A stretch of 64,000 nt of DNA from Octopus vulgaris (lineage: Eukaryota): positions 3,720,001 to 3,784,000 of the forward strand of contig OX597832.1 of assembly GCA_951406725.2 (NCBI GenBank), in the 5' to 3' direction. Made by a program: the position numbers and the translations under genes. Position 1 is the stretch's first letter. Each line of letters starts with the position of its first letter. The notes beneath the pieces were generated by a model. It had not been told where the DNA came from, ran no database searches, and saw nothing but the letters and a program-made list of their open reading frames with translations. Positions 26,901 to 41,350 of the stretch are shown piece by piece.

Positions 26901-29900
26901 TTGATAATTTTCGGAGTGATAGTTGTTTTACTCATATTTGTTGAACATTGGTTGTGTAAAGGGGCCGTGAATGTATGTTCTAAGCCGGGTCACCAATTTG
27001 TAAGGGACCGTACGATGTGAGGTGAAGAGAATGGCTCTTTAGTACCACATCACACAGCTGTTACAATAAAAGAGAAAATTGATAGAACCATTTACTTGCC
27101 AGATGGAAAAAGAAGACAGCAACCGCGTAGAATGATTAAGAAAAGATTTATTGATATGTTAACATGTGTGTCTGTGTGTGCGTTATGTATATAGAATAAT
27201 AGACAAGACGTCATGAGAACAAAATGTATGCGTGTGTGTTAAGTACATATGTGTATGCGTGTGTGTTAAGTACATATAAGGATGGCAATGAAGAAGACAG
27301 TGAAAGAGTCTATAGCCATCGAATTGAGAAGTAAGTTCATAGACACAAGAAAGATGATGAATAACACCAGTTCGTAGTCAACGGTACACGGTAGTTGAAA
27401 TACTGTATCAAGAAGCCGCGACCGTGATGCTGAGCCGGTTACAGATATATGTCATAGTGAAGTCGTGACTGTGATGCTGCTGCCTGGGTCACTTGGTACA
27501 GGAGTTCATGCAGGTTGTATATTCGCTGTTGATCCATGGAAAAATAATTCACGAACAGTGAAGTGTTGGAACCTGGGTGATTTGCTTGCTGAGCTGTGAA
27601 CATAGAGAGATGATGTTGACGGTGTTAAGGACATGGTGGTGACGAAGTCAGAGGTTGCCGTAATGCTGTTGGACGAAGTTGGTGAGTCTCAACGTAGCTA
27701 CTGTGGTGGTGTTTGGCTGGCGTTGTCGCGGAAACTGGCTGTGTCTTTGTGGTCAGTGGCTAGACCTTAGAAGGTCTGGGACCAAAGAATTTCTTTATCT
27801 ACCTATAAAAGGTATACATAGAAGTGACACTACAAGGGACGAACACTTACATTCTTACAAATGGTTTGGGTTGCGATGAAATGGAAACAAAAAATCGAAA
27901 AAATCGGATAAAAGGATGAAATAAAATTATATACAATTAAAAATTTATAAATAATGTTCCGGAATATTTTTTATGGTTAACCCGCTTTGTTTTTAAAATT
28001 TTCTCCTTTGGATTTTTTTTTTCCTTTTTCCTTCTTTTCGCCTTGACCGGCTATGCTAGCACGACCCCATTCATTCTCAAATTCCTTACTACAGATATCC
28101 ATCTTTTCCCGAACGTACTTTGCGACAGGCACTTTTTCTCCAGACGGATCTTTCTCGACAGGTGGAAGTTGAAATAGCTTACCAACCCGAGTCCGGACAT
28201 GAAGGGACTAGTCCCAGTCCCTTTCGCTCGTGTCGTCTATACCGTTTCTTTCAGTATGGCTACTTCGCAGAAAAACGATGCCTTCTTTTCCTTGTTGAAG
28301 GAAGAAGGCGGTACGATCTTAATCATTGACTTAGTCGAGAGCCGTACTCTCTCTGCATCTGACATCAGTTGTTCGACATATGTTATCAACTCTCTCAACT
28401 CCTCACAGTGTACGAAGGCGTGCACGACAGTTTCGCTGGCGCGCCCGTACCTCGGACATGTGGGGATGGTGTCAAAACCGTGTCTAGACAACATCTCTCG
28501 AACCGGTAAGGCCGATCGGTAGCACAACCAAGCCAAGAATTTCTGGAAGTCATCCAGGTACCTCGGCCGGAATGTCCTTCCGAACAGGTTGGTCAGTTGC
28601 TCCTCATCGAAGCTCAGAGTCTCCCCCAGGACATCGTCGGAATTATGCTCTACCAACCCTCTATAAAAATCTGCAGTGGTAACCTCGCTGCCGGTATTGC
28701 TCGTCCGAGAGAACAGAGTGAGTGCTTGTCTGCACTCCCTCTACAATTCTCCCATCCTAGGTCTCCGCTTGATCCATGTACCTAAGTCCCTGAGGGACTT
28801 CAGTTGTGGAAAGAGTTGCTTGGCATGCGATGACCACACCTGCTCACCATCTAAGTAGCACCAGAGATGTCTCAGCCTCAGCGCGTACTTGTGCATCATC
28901 AGCCAAGGCATCCCCAGCCCACCCTTTAACAGATTTTGGCAGCAGATGGAGCACCTCACGAGTGGCATTTTCTCTTCCCACAAAAAGCGAAAAAGGATCC
29001 GTTCCAACTTGGTCAGCCACAAACCGGGGCAAAGCACGACGGTTAGGCGGTAGGTTATCACCGATGCTATAAACACTTGTGCAACCTCAGCCCTTCCTTG
29101 CCGAGTTGCAAGCCAACTGATTTGTCCTGGTTAATTTTTGCTCCTGCCACCGCTTCGCATCCTTTGATGCTGTCTTCTACACGAGGTATCTGCTCTTCAT
29201 CAGACACGGTGATGGTAACATCATCCGCATATGCCGTCGCACTTTTACCGTAATACAAATCACGCGGGTCTGCTCCCATAGTTCCCAACCTCCGCAGCAG
29301 CGGCGCAAGAGCCAATACATACCGCAGCGGGGACAGGGGGCAGCCCTGGCGAACCGAACGCTCGATTACGAAGGGGTTCGAGAAGAACCCATTTACCCGG
29401 ACGACAGATTCGATGTTGCCATTCATAGCTTCGATCCAGCCTCGGAAAGTTGGGCCCAATCCGACCGCCCGGAGGACCGTCGCCAGATACCGATGGTCGA
29501 CCCTATCGAATACCTTAGACTGGTCTAAATTCACCAGTGCCCCACTTTTGCCAGGAATTTTACCAATCAACTGTATGGTGTAGCGAATGAGGTGAAGGTT
29601 GTCATGTATTGTCCTTCCTGGGATGGCACATGTCTGTGCCTCTCCTACCAGGTCGCCCACGACAATCCTCACTCTTTTGGCTAGCACCTTGGCCAAAAGC
29701 TTAAACTCTGTGCTTAGCAGAGTTATGGGCCGAAAATTATTAATGTTATTCCCCTTGTTAGGGTCCTTTTTGATCAGTGTCACCACTCCTCAGCTTACAG
29801 ATTTGGGAATTCTCCCATTCTGCTGCCAATTCGCATATAAATAGGACAGTACGTTCCCGAACAAATCTGGCATACTTTTATAAAATTCATAAGGTAGACC

Positions 29901-32900
29901 ATACAATGCCGGCGACTTGTCCCCGGGGCAATCGGAAAACACCTCTATAACCTCCTCGGCCCTTTACAGTGCTCAGCGTCACGCGTCGAAAGACGCGGGC
30001 CGCCGGCCAGAAAATGCCGGAGTGCATCCCCATGGTCTAGCGCCCCGCTCCTCCCGAACAACGTTGCAAAGTTCTTGCGAAAGCCTTGCGCATCTCTTCT
30101 TGTCCTTGGATCTCCTGTCCATGCTCGTCTACCACAGACCTTCTCTTAGCCTCCATGCCACGTCGGGTTTCTTCCGAGCGATCCCACCCTGTAACATTGA
30201 TTCCCTCGCGGCCCAGTTCACGTATTTTAGCCCGGACTCTGCATCCTTCGTGTTTAACATTGAGGTGTCGGTCCAGGGCCGATCTTGCTGCCAACACTTG
30301 GGATGCAGAGCCCATACTCAGTGCCTCTTCAAATGCCTTAACTAATTCCCTTTCTACTCTAGTCTGCTCTAGACTTAACTGCTTGCTAAATCTAATCGAC
30401 TCAAGTCGAATAGCTCATTTTAGGGTACTCCACCACCGGTTGTTAATCACAGAGCCGGTTAGTGACCTCATTACTAACACATTAATCTGGCTACAGTAAG
30501 TTTCGCAATCCAATAGGGACTTGTTTAACTTCCAATAGCCAGATCTCTGTCTATGAACCTTATCTATATGCAGCCTACACGTCACTAATTTTTGATCCGT
30601 ATAGGGTACATAGGTAAACTGCGAACAGCTTAAATTAGACTTATCTCTAGCATTAACTATTATCCTGACTACATAAGACCTGATAGATCCGTAGTTATTA
30701 GACCAAATCCACATTGGAACGCTCGGATTATCAAGTCTTTATCGATCTGCCAGCCTAAATCGCTTCAGTAGATCGACGAGGTGTGAGTTACACTTCCTAA
30801 CATTCGAGCCTACGCTATCCAGGCGTGCATCCAGAATAGCGTTAAAATCACCTAGCAAAACTAGTGTCCTTGATGTCACATGAAAGTTCTCCAGGCGTCG
30901 ATAAAACTCATCCAGTTTGCGTGGCGTGCCAGGCGCGTAGATGCCAACCAGCCTGAAGGCCTTACCTCTGTATGTCAGATCCAGAACGACCGGCTCGCCT
31001 TCTAGGCCAACGAAGATCGTACGTGTCTGCAGGGCCAGGCTTTTCCGGAGCAAAACTACAACACCTCTTCTCCCCCGGCTAGGAGAAATGATTTTCTCAT
31101 AGTCTAGAGAGTTGAGAAGGCCTGCAGCTTGTCTAGCCTGATCTCTGTAGCAACCATAATATCAATTCTGTTTGACCTGAGCTCGTCGAAGCGGCAAGCC
31201 TGCTTCTTCTTCGAACCCAGGCCACGGACATTTAAACACGCAATGCATAGCGCAGCCATATCAAACACGAAAAAAAGGAAATTCGAGCTTACCTGCTCAT
31301 TCATCATTCGTGTGGTGGTTGGGTTATTCTCAATATTTCTAGGACAAGTTCCTCACCTCCTTTCTTTCGTACAAAAATGGTTCAACCGACGGGTTAAATA
31401 CCTTCGGTAGTTTCTTCAATTCTGCTATTTCTTTTGGGTGCCTGTTTTTGAGTTCGTTGTATAGTTTTCGGGAAATTTTTCCCAACGTCACTGGGCTCAT
31501 CTTATTGTCATTGACATATAGGGATGACCCTATCCAGGTATTTATTATTTTGTATGCGATTGTCGCAGTATCTTCTCTTTCAGGAATATCGATTGTCACC
31601 GACATAAATTAGTTTTCTTTCTTTTCCTTTTCCCTTCAGTTCGGGTTTCTTGATAATTTTGGTTTTGGGACCGCTTCCTGTGTATTGGTGGGCGACTCCA
31701 TTCTTTTGGTTCTCTTACGTGACACCGTCAGGAAGTCCATATTTTCAGCTGACGGTGTCACAACTGACTCTGGTTTCTTGGGATTTTTCCCCAGTAATGG
31801 AGGCGGTCACTTTCTGTGTAATGGCCTTCTTGGCCGTAAGCGCCACTTCTCCATCTTTCTCCTTAAGGTCATTTTTACTGGTAGAGGCGGTCACTCTCTG
31901 TGTAACGGCCTCCTTGGCCAGAAGTGCCGCTTCCTTATTTTTCCCCTTGGGGTCAGTTTTACTAGTGGAGGTGATCACCTGCTCTGTCACAGTCTCCGTG
32001 GCTGGGGGACCGTCTCTTCGTTTTTCTCTTCCTCCTCCTCCTCTGCTTCCTTGTCCTTCATTTTTTGTGGGGCATTTTGACCTCAGGTGCCCTTTTTTCC
32101 ACAATCAAAGCACCTGGGTCTTCTCCCCTCCTCATGTACTGCCAATACTGATTCCTCTACATGTATCGTCTCGAGTAAACTTTCCAAATCCAGACTTGTT
32201 GCTTGTGCTAAGATCTCCAGAGTTTGACCCCACCAATTCTGTGGAGCGTCTCTGGAGATCTGAATGATATTTATTTTGTCCTCTCTCTTGTAGAGGAGTG
32301 TGGAAACGATCCATGCCACCTTCACCTCTGTTTTTAATCCTTATCCGGGATGTTCTGCGTCCCAGATATAGAGGCAGTAGCGTGATGTTGCCACATTGCA
32401 AGGTTCTAGTTGAGAACTCTCTTGCCTTCTCAATCGACTCGAACCTTGCTTCAATGGTGGCGTACCTTGTACCTCGGGTTAGGTACTTTATTTCGTTCAT
32501 CACCGACCCGAGACACCTTTCAACTATACTTTCTTCAAAAACTTTAGTCTTTTCTTTTCTACATCATATGATTTGTATATAATTGTCTTTTCTTTTGTCG
32601 TGTTCCTTATTTCACTTGGTAGTGTTATGTTGCTTTCACCGTTTTCTTCGGTAAGCATTCCATAGTAGGCCTGAATGTCTTTCTTTTTCAATATAATTGT
32701 TTCACGTCCACCAACAGCGGCGGAAAAATTATTATTTTTTTTTTTTTCTATTTTGTTCTTCTACAGAAGACATTTTTTTTTTTAAATATTAAAAAAAGAA
32801 AAATATTCAAAATTCCACAATTTTTGTTCCGAAAGGAAACGCGGTTCAAACTTAACTGCAAGCGGTAAACACAATTTATATATCCTTCCCCCTTGGGAGA

Positions 32901-35900
32901 GGATAACAGTTCTCAATATTAACACAGACAAGAAATTTTAACAACGTTTCCCTTACGAGAAACCAACAAGCACAATGTAACAATTCCTGCAAGCAGGCAA
33001 CAATTATAACGACTAACCTTCAAGGTAAACACAAGCAAATATATCACGTAAGAATGTGAGCGAACGACAGTCTGGAACCAAAGACCTCGAAAGAGGAAAA
33101 GCTGAATTTTTATAAGGAACTGTAGGCTCAAAACAGGGTAGAGAACAGGCTGTCGAACGTGATCGTATTTAGGGCCTGCAACTTGTTATACACTACAGAT
33201 GGTGCGACAGAGTAAGAAACTAATTGCACCAATACCAACCAATCAGTGTAGTAGACACAATGGGATCCAAATAGCTGCCAAAAGCTAGCTTTCCCTGCTA
33301 CGTTCGAATGCACGTATATATAATAAATGGGATAGAGGAATTACAACTGAGTCTACGCTACAGTCGTGGGCTTAATGGTTGAATTACGAATGGTTGTTGG
33401 ATAACTTCGATTGTTAGATTGGTGATCGCTGGAACTATGGTCCATTGAAGTGTTAAATGATAGAAAATGATTTTAGGCTAATGTCTGGGGTCAAATGAAA
33501 AATGGTCGGTTGAATAATGATTTGTAAAATGATGTAAGTTAATTTAAGGAATTTAGAATAAATGATTGTCAGATTAATCCTTGTTGGACTAATCATTGTT
33601 AGATTGATGATTGTTGAACAAATGATTGTTCTATTGATAATTGTAAAAGAAATGAGTGTTGGATTAGAGCTTGTTAGACTAATGATTGTTGAAGTGACTA
33701 TAGTTGGACAGATTATTGGTGCACTGACTATTGCTATGCTAATGATTGTTGGACCCGTGATTGTTGGAATAACTATTGTTGGACTACTGATGGTTTGACA
33801 AGCGATCGCTCTACTGTTGGTTGTTGGATTAATGATGGATGGAGCAGTCATTGTTAAATTGATTTTCGTTGGAGTAATAGTTGTCAGACTAATTTTCATT
33901 GCGCTAGTCATTGGACTAATGATTTTTATAAAAACTATTGTTAGATTGATAATCGTTGGACTAATGATTGTTGAACTGATAATAATTGTTGGTCAAATGA
34001 TTGTTAGACTGTTTATTGCTTTTGACAAATGATTGTTGGAGTGATTATTGTTTTTTACTTATGATTATTGGACTAATGGTTATTAGACTCATGATTATTG
34101 GACTAATGTTTGTTTGACTAATTGTTGTTCGATGGATGATTGTTGAACTGATGATTGTAGGATTGTTGGACTGATGATCATTGAACTTAACATTTTTGGA
34201 GTAGTCTTATTAATCCAACTGCTACTGTTAGATAAATGATTGGGTATCTAATCCATATTGGAACAATGATTGTTAAATTAGTGGTAATCATTTGAATAAA
34301 GATGACTGGACTAGTTATTGTTAGAATAAACAATGTAGTAATTATTGAATTAATGAGCGTCCTTGTATTAGATTACACAAGTAATGAGTGTTGATGTGAC
34401 AATTGTGGGACTAATGATTGCTAAACATATGATTGTTGGAACAATGATGATTGAACTGATACTTGAATGACAGCTGTTTACTGGACTAATGATTGTGCAT
34501 TTACTGATTGTTGGTCTGATGATTGTTGAACTAGTGAGTGTTGACTAATGATTAGTTAATTAGAATTTTGTTGGACTGAAGACTGTTAGTTGGATGATTA
34601 ATATTAGATAATGGGTTGTGCACTAATGATTGCTGGACTAATTATCTTTGGACTGATGATAGGTTTTTATTTTTTTGTTTTGGTAATTGTAAACTAATTG
34701 TTCACCTGGGGATTGTTAAACTAATGAGTGTTGCATCAAGGATTTTAGACTGGATAAGATTTATCTAATGACTGTTACATAATGATTTTAGGGTGAATGC
34801 AAATTAACTATTGACCAGTGGACTAATAACTATTGTTTATCAGATGAATGGTGAACTAATGGTTTATGGAATGAATGATAGATTAATGATTGTTGAATTA
34901 AGGATTTTGGGAATGATGATTATTAGACTAACAACTGTTGGACAGTATGTTACTCATGTATATAGTTTCAGTACCTTGTCTTTCTACTGTAGAATCTTCT
35001 CTATCCTCCACTATAGTCTCCTTTTTTTTTTTACCTCTATTCACCTTCCTCTACCCTCACCTGTATCATCTGTACCCTCCTCCCTCCACAATCTTCATCT
35101 TCCATCAACTGTACACTCTCCTTTTCTCTACCTCCAACTCTAAATTCTCTTCTACCCTTATTTTCACTGCATTATCTATTCTTCTACTCTCAGCTGTAAA
35201 GTCTCCCTCTTTCCTCTGCCCTATAGCATCCCATTCTTCTTCCTTTCGCTATAAAGATACCTTATCTTTTCCCCTCTTCAACATCCACATTCTCTTGCCC
35301 CTCCTCACCCACACAACACACTTTCTTTGCTTCTTCCTTCTACTGTATTCACTACCTTTCTTTCCTCTCTTCTTTTATTTCTAATCTTCCTCTCTTTAGA
35401 CTTCAGCTCATTCCTCACCAATACATTTATTTTATTTTCCACCCGTTCACTCCTGTTTGCTCCCTCCCTATATCCTTTTTACTATGGAACTTCAGCTATT
35501 TCATTCACAGTGAAATATTAATGATATTATATAACAATTTTTGCGTTTAGATGTTTAAGTGTTTAAATGGGGCCATTTTACAGAAAACTTCTTACTTAAA
35601 TGCTACTCTTTAAGTGTAAAAATTTGCTTAGAATTTTATCTTTGAAACCTAACAAATCCTATTTGCTAAATGATTCATAACGAGTAGTCTGACCTTGTTC
35701 TTGATACTTCCGGAAGTTTTGATATCTCAAACTTTGAGACCCTCCCACTGTTTATGTAGGGTCATGTCTCACTTGCCTTTCCTGCTTCTTTGATTTTGAT
35801 GACACTCACAGCTGCAAACCATTTGACAAATACGAGTGGTTTCAAATAAAACGGAAATAGAAAGGAAATTAACTTTCTTTTTATCACGTGGTCAAAGAGT

Positions 35901-38900
35901 TTTACATTTTTGTTTCCCTGGTCTTTTAAGGAAGGGTGGAGAATATGTGAGCTACAACTTAGGTATTAGGAAATCTAGTTCAAATGTATAGAGTTTCCTT
36001 GAAAAAACCAATTTTCCATTCATTAAAATTGCTGATTCAATGAGGACAAAATATATATTAATTTAACCCTTAAAGAGGCTTAAGTTAAAATCTAATCAAG
36101 GACATTGCCATAAGTCTTTAACATTATTATAAATGTTACGGTTTGCAATGCATGAAAATAGATTCTGACCTCATTAAATGTTTAAAAAGTTTTCTCATAC
36201 AACATAAAATATAAATTTGATTAGATTTCTATTCCTATGATAACAGGTCAAAATAAATGGATTGATTGACTAATTGCTGAAATGACTAAGCTGTTTCATT
36301 ATGTACCATATTTGATGGTATGTTTTCAAAGAATATCTTAAAGAATAATCTCAGTTCCTATATGCAAAATTGGACTTCCCATAAACTTTAATGCACTGAA
36401 AACATTTTTTCCTGAATATGTGCAGCTAAAATTGGGGTGCAGCTAATGTGCTAGTACATCTTTTATGCATCACATATGGTATTTATAAATAATTATATTA
36501 TTATTTTTGTTTAGTCCAGATCAGCTCTGGTCAAGCTAATCTGTGATTGGAAGTGCTTCATCCATTACCATCCCATCTTTCAGGAGAGTTAGTATTTCTA
36601 GAACTACGTCATCTGTTATGTCATTCCTTCTTCAGATAGCAGTGTATGATATCAAGAAGATTTAGCTTCTATCTCTTGCATGTCTAGAAAATCCATAGGG
36701 CTCTGTGGATGGTGAGCAATGTTTCTATTTTTTTTTTACGATGGTAATCTTTGCTTCTTTGTGGTACTTATTTATGGCTCAGTCATTGAGAGCTAAGTAT
36801 TTTTCCAAGATCACAGTACAATGATATCAAAGAAATTTTAACCACCAATCCATCATCCATCAGCTGGTCAGCCACACTCTAATAATGTAATCGACGATAA
36901 CACTAGTCAACTATAACATTAAAATATAAACTTTCAAAGAAAATGAAAATAAAATTAATTTTCTAAAGTAAAATCTAAATGACATTAACTGTTTAAACAT
37001 TTTATTCATACAGGTATCCGGATGCTTGATGGTATTATCACAGACTTATTGGAGGCAGAAGCTCTGTTATTTAAACCAAACTATATTGACATTTACAGTG
37101 CCTCTTGGGGTCCAGTTGATGATGGTATAAGAATGGAAGGTCCAGGCAAATATACAAAATTGGCTCTTCAAATGGGTGTTCAACAGGTGGGTAATTCTAA
37201 TAATAATATTGGTTTCAAATTTTGGCACAAGGCCAGCAAGTTTGGAGGAGGGGGTAAGTCAATTACATTGACCCCAGTGCTTAACTGGTACTTACGTTAT
37301 CGACTCCAAAAGGAAGAAAGGCAAAGTTGACCTCAACTGAACAATTCTAATAATAATATTAATTGGCATAATTAGCTGTAAATAGATTATTGGGTTCAAA
37401 ATCATTAGGTTGTGTGTTCAATTCTCAGGATGGCTGGCATGTGTCTTTGAACAAAGCACTTCATTTCATATTGTTCAAGAGTATAAAAGGGGAACCAATG
37501 GTATTTGAGGCCTAACCTGGTGATGGACTAATGTCTCATTCAAGAGAAATCTTTTGCTCTCAGTCATCCAAATGCTTTGAAAATCTGAGTTATCTCTGGC
37601 TTCATGAGTTTGTAGGCTCAAGGAAGACCTCAAGCCTAGAAGCTGGTCATTGCCATTTTTTTGTACCACATCTAATTCTCTGGAATGGAAAGAACAAGAA
37701 ATATAGTTTCATAATAAATGTTATATCCTATAACATATCTATTCTGTTACATGATATAACATATTTATCATGTTATATAATAAATATAGCATAATATAAC
37801 ATTTATTATATGTTATATTGATTATAATATAATATGTATAGCATATTTATTATGGTATGTTGTAATAAATATAACACATTTAATGTAACATAATAATGTT
37901 AACAAAATTAACATTAATTATGTTAATAATGTTAACATTATTGACATAATGTTAATATGTTAACACTATATTAACATATGAAAATGTCTTGAAAATATTC
38001 AGAAGCAAGTCTTCTCAAACATTGTTGGGAGTCTTTGTTTGCTTACATAGAACCAAAGCTATCAGTTAAAAAAATCATCCTTGTCCAAACATAGATTTGT
38101 GTTATTCTCAGTTGAAACATTTTGATATCTGCCAGCATTTGAGCTTGGTACATCATCACTTCATCTTGTAATTCATTTTTACCTATAAGGAAGAAATGAA
38201 CAATTTTATATTGATTCACTGATGTTAGTGAATTCAAATGTAGTCACTGCTCTTCAAAAGTTTAGCCTGATCTTCTTCAACAGCATTTTCTATTGGATTA
38301 AGTCAGAAGTTTTGTTGAGATGCTGGGTAGGCACAGGCATGGCTGTGTGGTGAAGAAGTTCATGTAAAGAAAAACTGTCCCTGGGAACAAAGTAAGGTCC
38401 TGGAGCAGTTGAGTTAGACCTCTGTAGAAGAGGACTCCTCAAAGAGGGGCTGCAAGAGGAAGAAGGTGAACAACAATGGGTTCTCACTGAAGGATCCTAG
38501 GGATGAGGAAGGGGAGGCGAATCTCCCAGTCATGGAGGAGATGCACCCTCCCTCAGTTGAAAGGAAAAATAAGAGGAAGTGGAAAAGAAACGGGACATTG
38601 CCGGCAGTCGGTGACATAGTACCGGAATGTCCCAGAACTATGTCAGTTGGGGTTGTGCCACCGGCAGGGGAAGAGACACCATTGATGAGAACTGCGCCGC
38701 CGATGGTAGAATTAGATATCCCAAGAAATATCACTTGTACCCATGCGACGCCGACACGGCACCTGCTTTGATCTTGAATGAGGTGTGGGGGATGGTGGAG
38801 GATATGGACACAAGCGATGTTGAGGAGGAATATGGATAAGAGGTTGAAAAGCCTCAGTGTTATTGAAAGTTCCTTTTGTTATTAAATGTTGCAAACAGTG

Positions 38901-39948
38901 TAGAGGTTTATTGCCTCATGAACAATATACAAGAGATCAATGTACTTGGGAAAAAATCGATCAGTGGGCGTCGTTTTTTCCCCTATTAATCATCATTTTC
39001 ATTTTCATTTCATATAACATTATGTCTATGTCCAGCCCGCAGCTTCCTTCGTTTCTCTATGTAAGGCCTTATGGCCAATATAATGAAATGAAGAAGTTCA
39101 TGTGTGTCAGGTTCAGTCTCACTGCACAGCACCCTGGACAGTTGTTTTTCATTATAGCCCTAGGCTGACCTATGTCTAGAGAGTGAATTCAGTAGGCAGA
39201 AATTCTGCTAAAGCTTGTCGTGTGTGTGTGTTTCCCCACACCCACTGCTTGACAACCTGTGTTGGTTTGTTTATGTCCCCATAACTTAGCAGTTCAGTAA
39301 ACAAGACCAACAAGATAGGTACCAGATTTTGAAAAATATGTGCTGGGACTGATTTAACTAAAACTCTTCAAGGTGTTGCCCCAGCATGGCCACAGTCCAG
39401 TGGCTGAAACAAATAAAAAAGATAAATGTACCCTTAATCACATACCATTCCAACAATTATAGCAAATTTTAATACACATTATTGAGTTTATGGTTATTCC
39501 CCTGCTTGTCTGGATTTAGATTGAATGCTAACCCATTAAACCAACTTTAACATCAAACTTTAATTCAGTCGATTACTGCTAAGTGTAATCAGGAACACTG
39601 TATTGTCTTCCATTCTCCGTCTGGTCTTTTTAGTGTTGGAAGAGAAGAAATTTTTATAACAATTACTTACTTTTATTTATTTTTACTCTTTTACTTGTTT
39701 CAGTCATTTGACTGTTGCCATGCTGGAGCACTGACTTGAAGGGTTTTAGTCAAACAAATTGACACCAGGACTTATTTCTTAAGCCTAGTACTTATTCTAT
39801 CAATCTCTTTTGCCAAACCACTAAGAGATGTAAAAACACCAACACTGGTTGTCAAATGGTGAATGGGGAGGGGGAAACAAACACACACAAAGACACACAC
39901 ATAGATATATACATACATACATACATACATACATGCATACATACATGC

Positions 39949-40009
<61 letters not shown>

Positions 40010-41317
40010 CATATATATGATGGGTTTCTTTCAGTTTCCATCTACCAAATCCACTCACATGGCTTTGGCTGGCCCGAGTCTAGAGTAGAAGATATTTGCC
40101 CTAGGTACTATGCAGTGGGACTGAACTGGGAACCATGTGGTTGGAAAGCAAGCTTCTTATCACACATTCAGGCCTCCACCAATTTTTTTTTTTTGTAATT
40201 CATCAAGAAAATATTCTCAGAACTGTTTAAGCTTAAAATGAGAACCTTATCTTTATAGATGAAACATTCCTTTACTATCTTAATTTCAAGTGTCTTATTC
40301 CTGGTTGTGTATGTGATGCCAGATGAGATGTCAACCGAGTAGCTTTATTTCTAAACTAAAAGTAATAATGCTCTTATTCACCATGTCACTGATGTGCATA
40401 CAATTAATGCTACAACTTTGGGTTATTCAAATGTACTTTTCACTAAACCTTGATGTCAGTACTGGACCTACTGTATATTAAATACTGCTTCTTTGATTTC
40501 TTTGTTTTCACTGTAGTTCTCTGGCAATTATGGAAATTTTATTCTATAGTCTTTTTTTTTTTTTGCACTGTGCATGTTTAGCCATTTCTGACATTGATGT
40601 ATATCCATTTAGGAGTTGTTTTTTTTTGTTTTGTTCTGTTCTGTTCTGACATAGAAGGGCTTACTAACCTTTCCTTTATAAGAACTTTTGAAAATAGTGG
40701 ATATTATAGAGGCAATTCTTCTGTTCTAGCCACTCATGGGAAGATTTTATTTTGGTGAGGAATATGCAGAGTGTGGTGTTACTTTTAAACACAGCTCTTT
40801 GTGTTACTCTTTTACCCTTTTACTTGTTTCAGTCATTTGTCTGTGGCCATACTGGAGCACCACCATGAAGGGTTTTAGTCAAAGAAATCGAACCCAGGAC
40901 TTATTCTTTGTAAGCTTAGTACTTACTCTTCCGGTCTCATTTTTGCCAAACCACTAAGTTACAGGGACGTAAACACACCAACACCAGTTGCCATGTGATG
41001 GTGGGAGACAAACACAAATACACACACACATGCGCATATATGTGCATATATATGATGGGCTTTTTTCAGTTTCCATCAACCAAATCCAATCACAAGGTTT
41101 TGGTTGGCCCAAGGCTATAATAAAAGACACTTACCTGAGGGCCCACATAGTGGCACTGAATCCGGAACAATGCAGTTGGGATGTAAGCTTCTAACCACGT
41201 AGCTATGCATTATAGACATTTTGAATTTACTCAAGTAAATCTTGCAATAAGGTAGTTTAATTTGCCCTATGATGAATATGGTATTTGTTATTCAAGAATA
41301 CATTTTTTCATGACTCA

Positions 41318-41350
<33 letters not shown>

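Larger units (their letters stand above)
26480..34945. repeat. Degenerate 15-bp minisatellite (ATGATTGTTGGACTA)n, split by an LTR insertion
   Basis: Repeat visible at about 26480-26954 and 33363-34945. The 15-nt period produces the MIVGL-type pseudo-ORFs. Confidence 0.8.

Noticed and set aside
33453-34032. Membrane-protein or mucin-like ORFs
   Set aside because: Fully explained by the 15-bp repeat period; the frames are broken by stops along the array.
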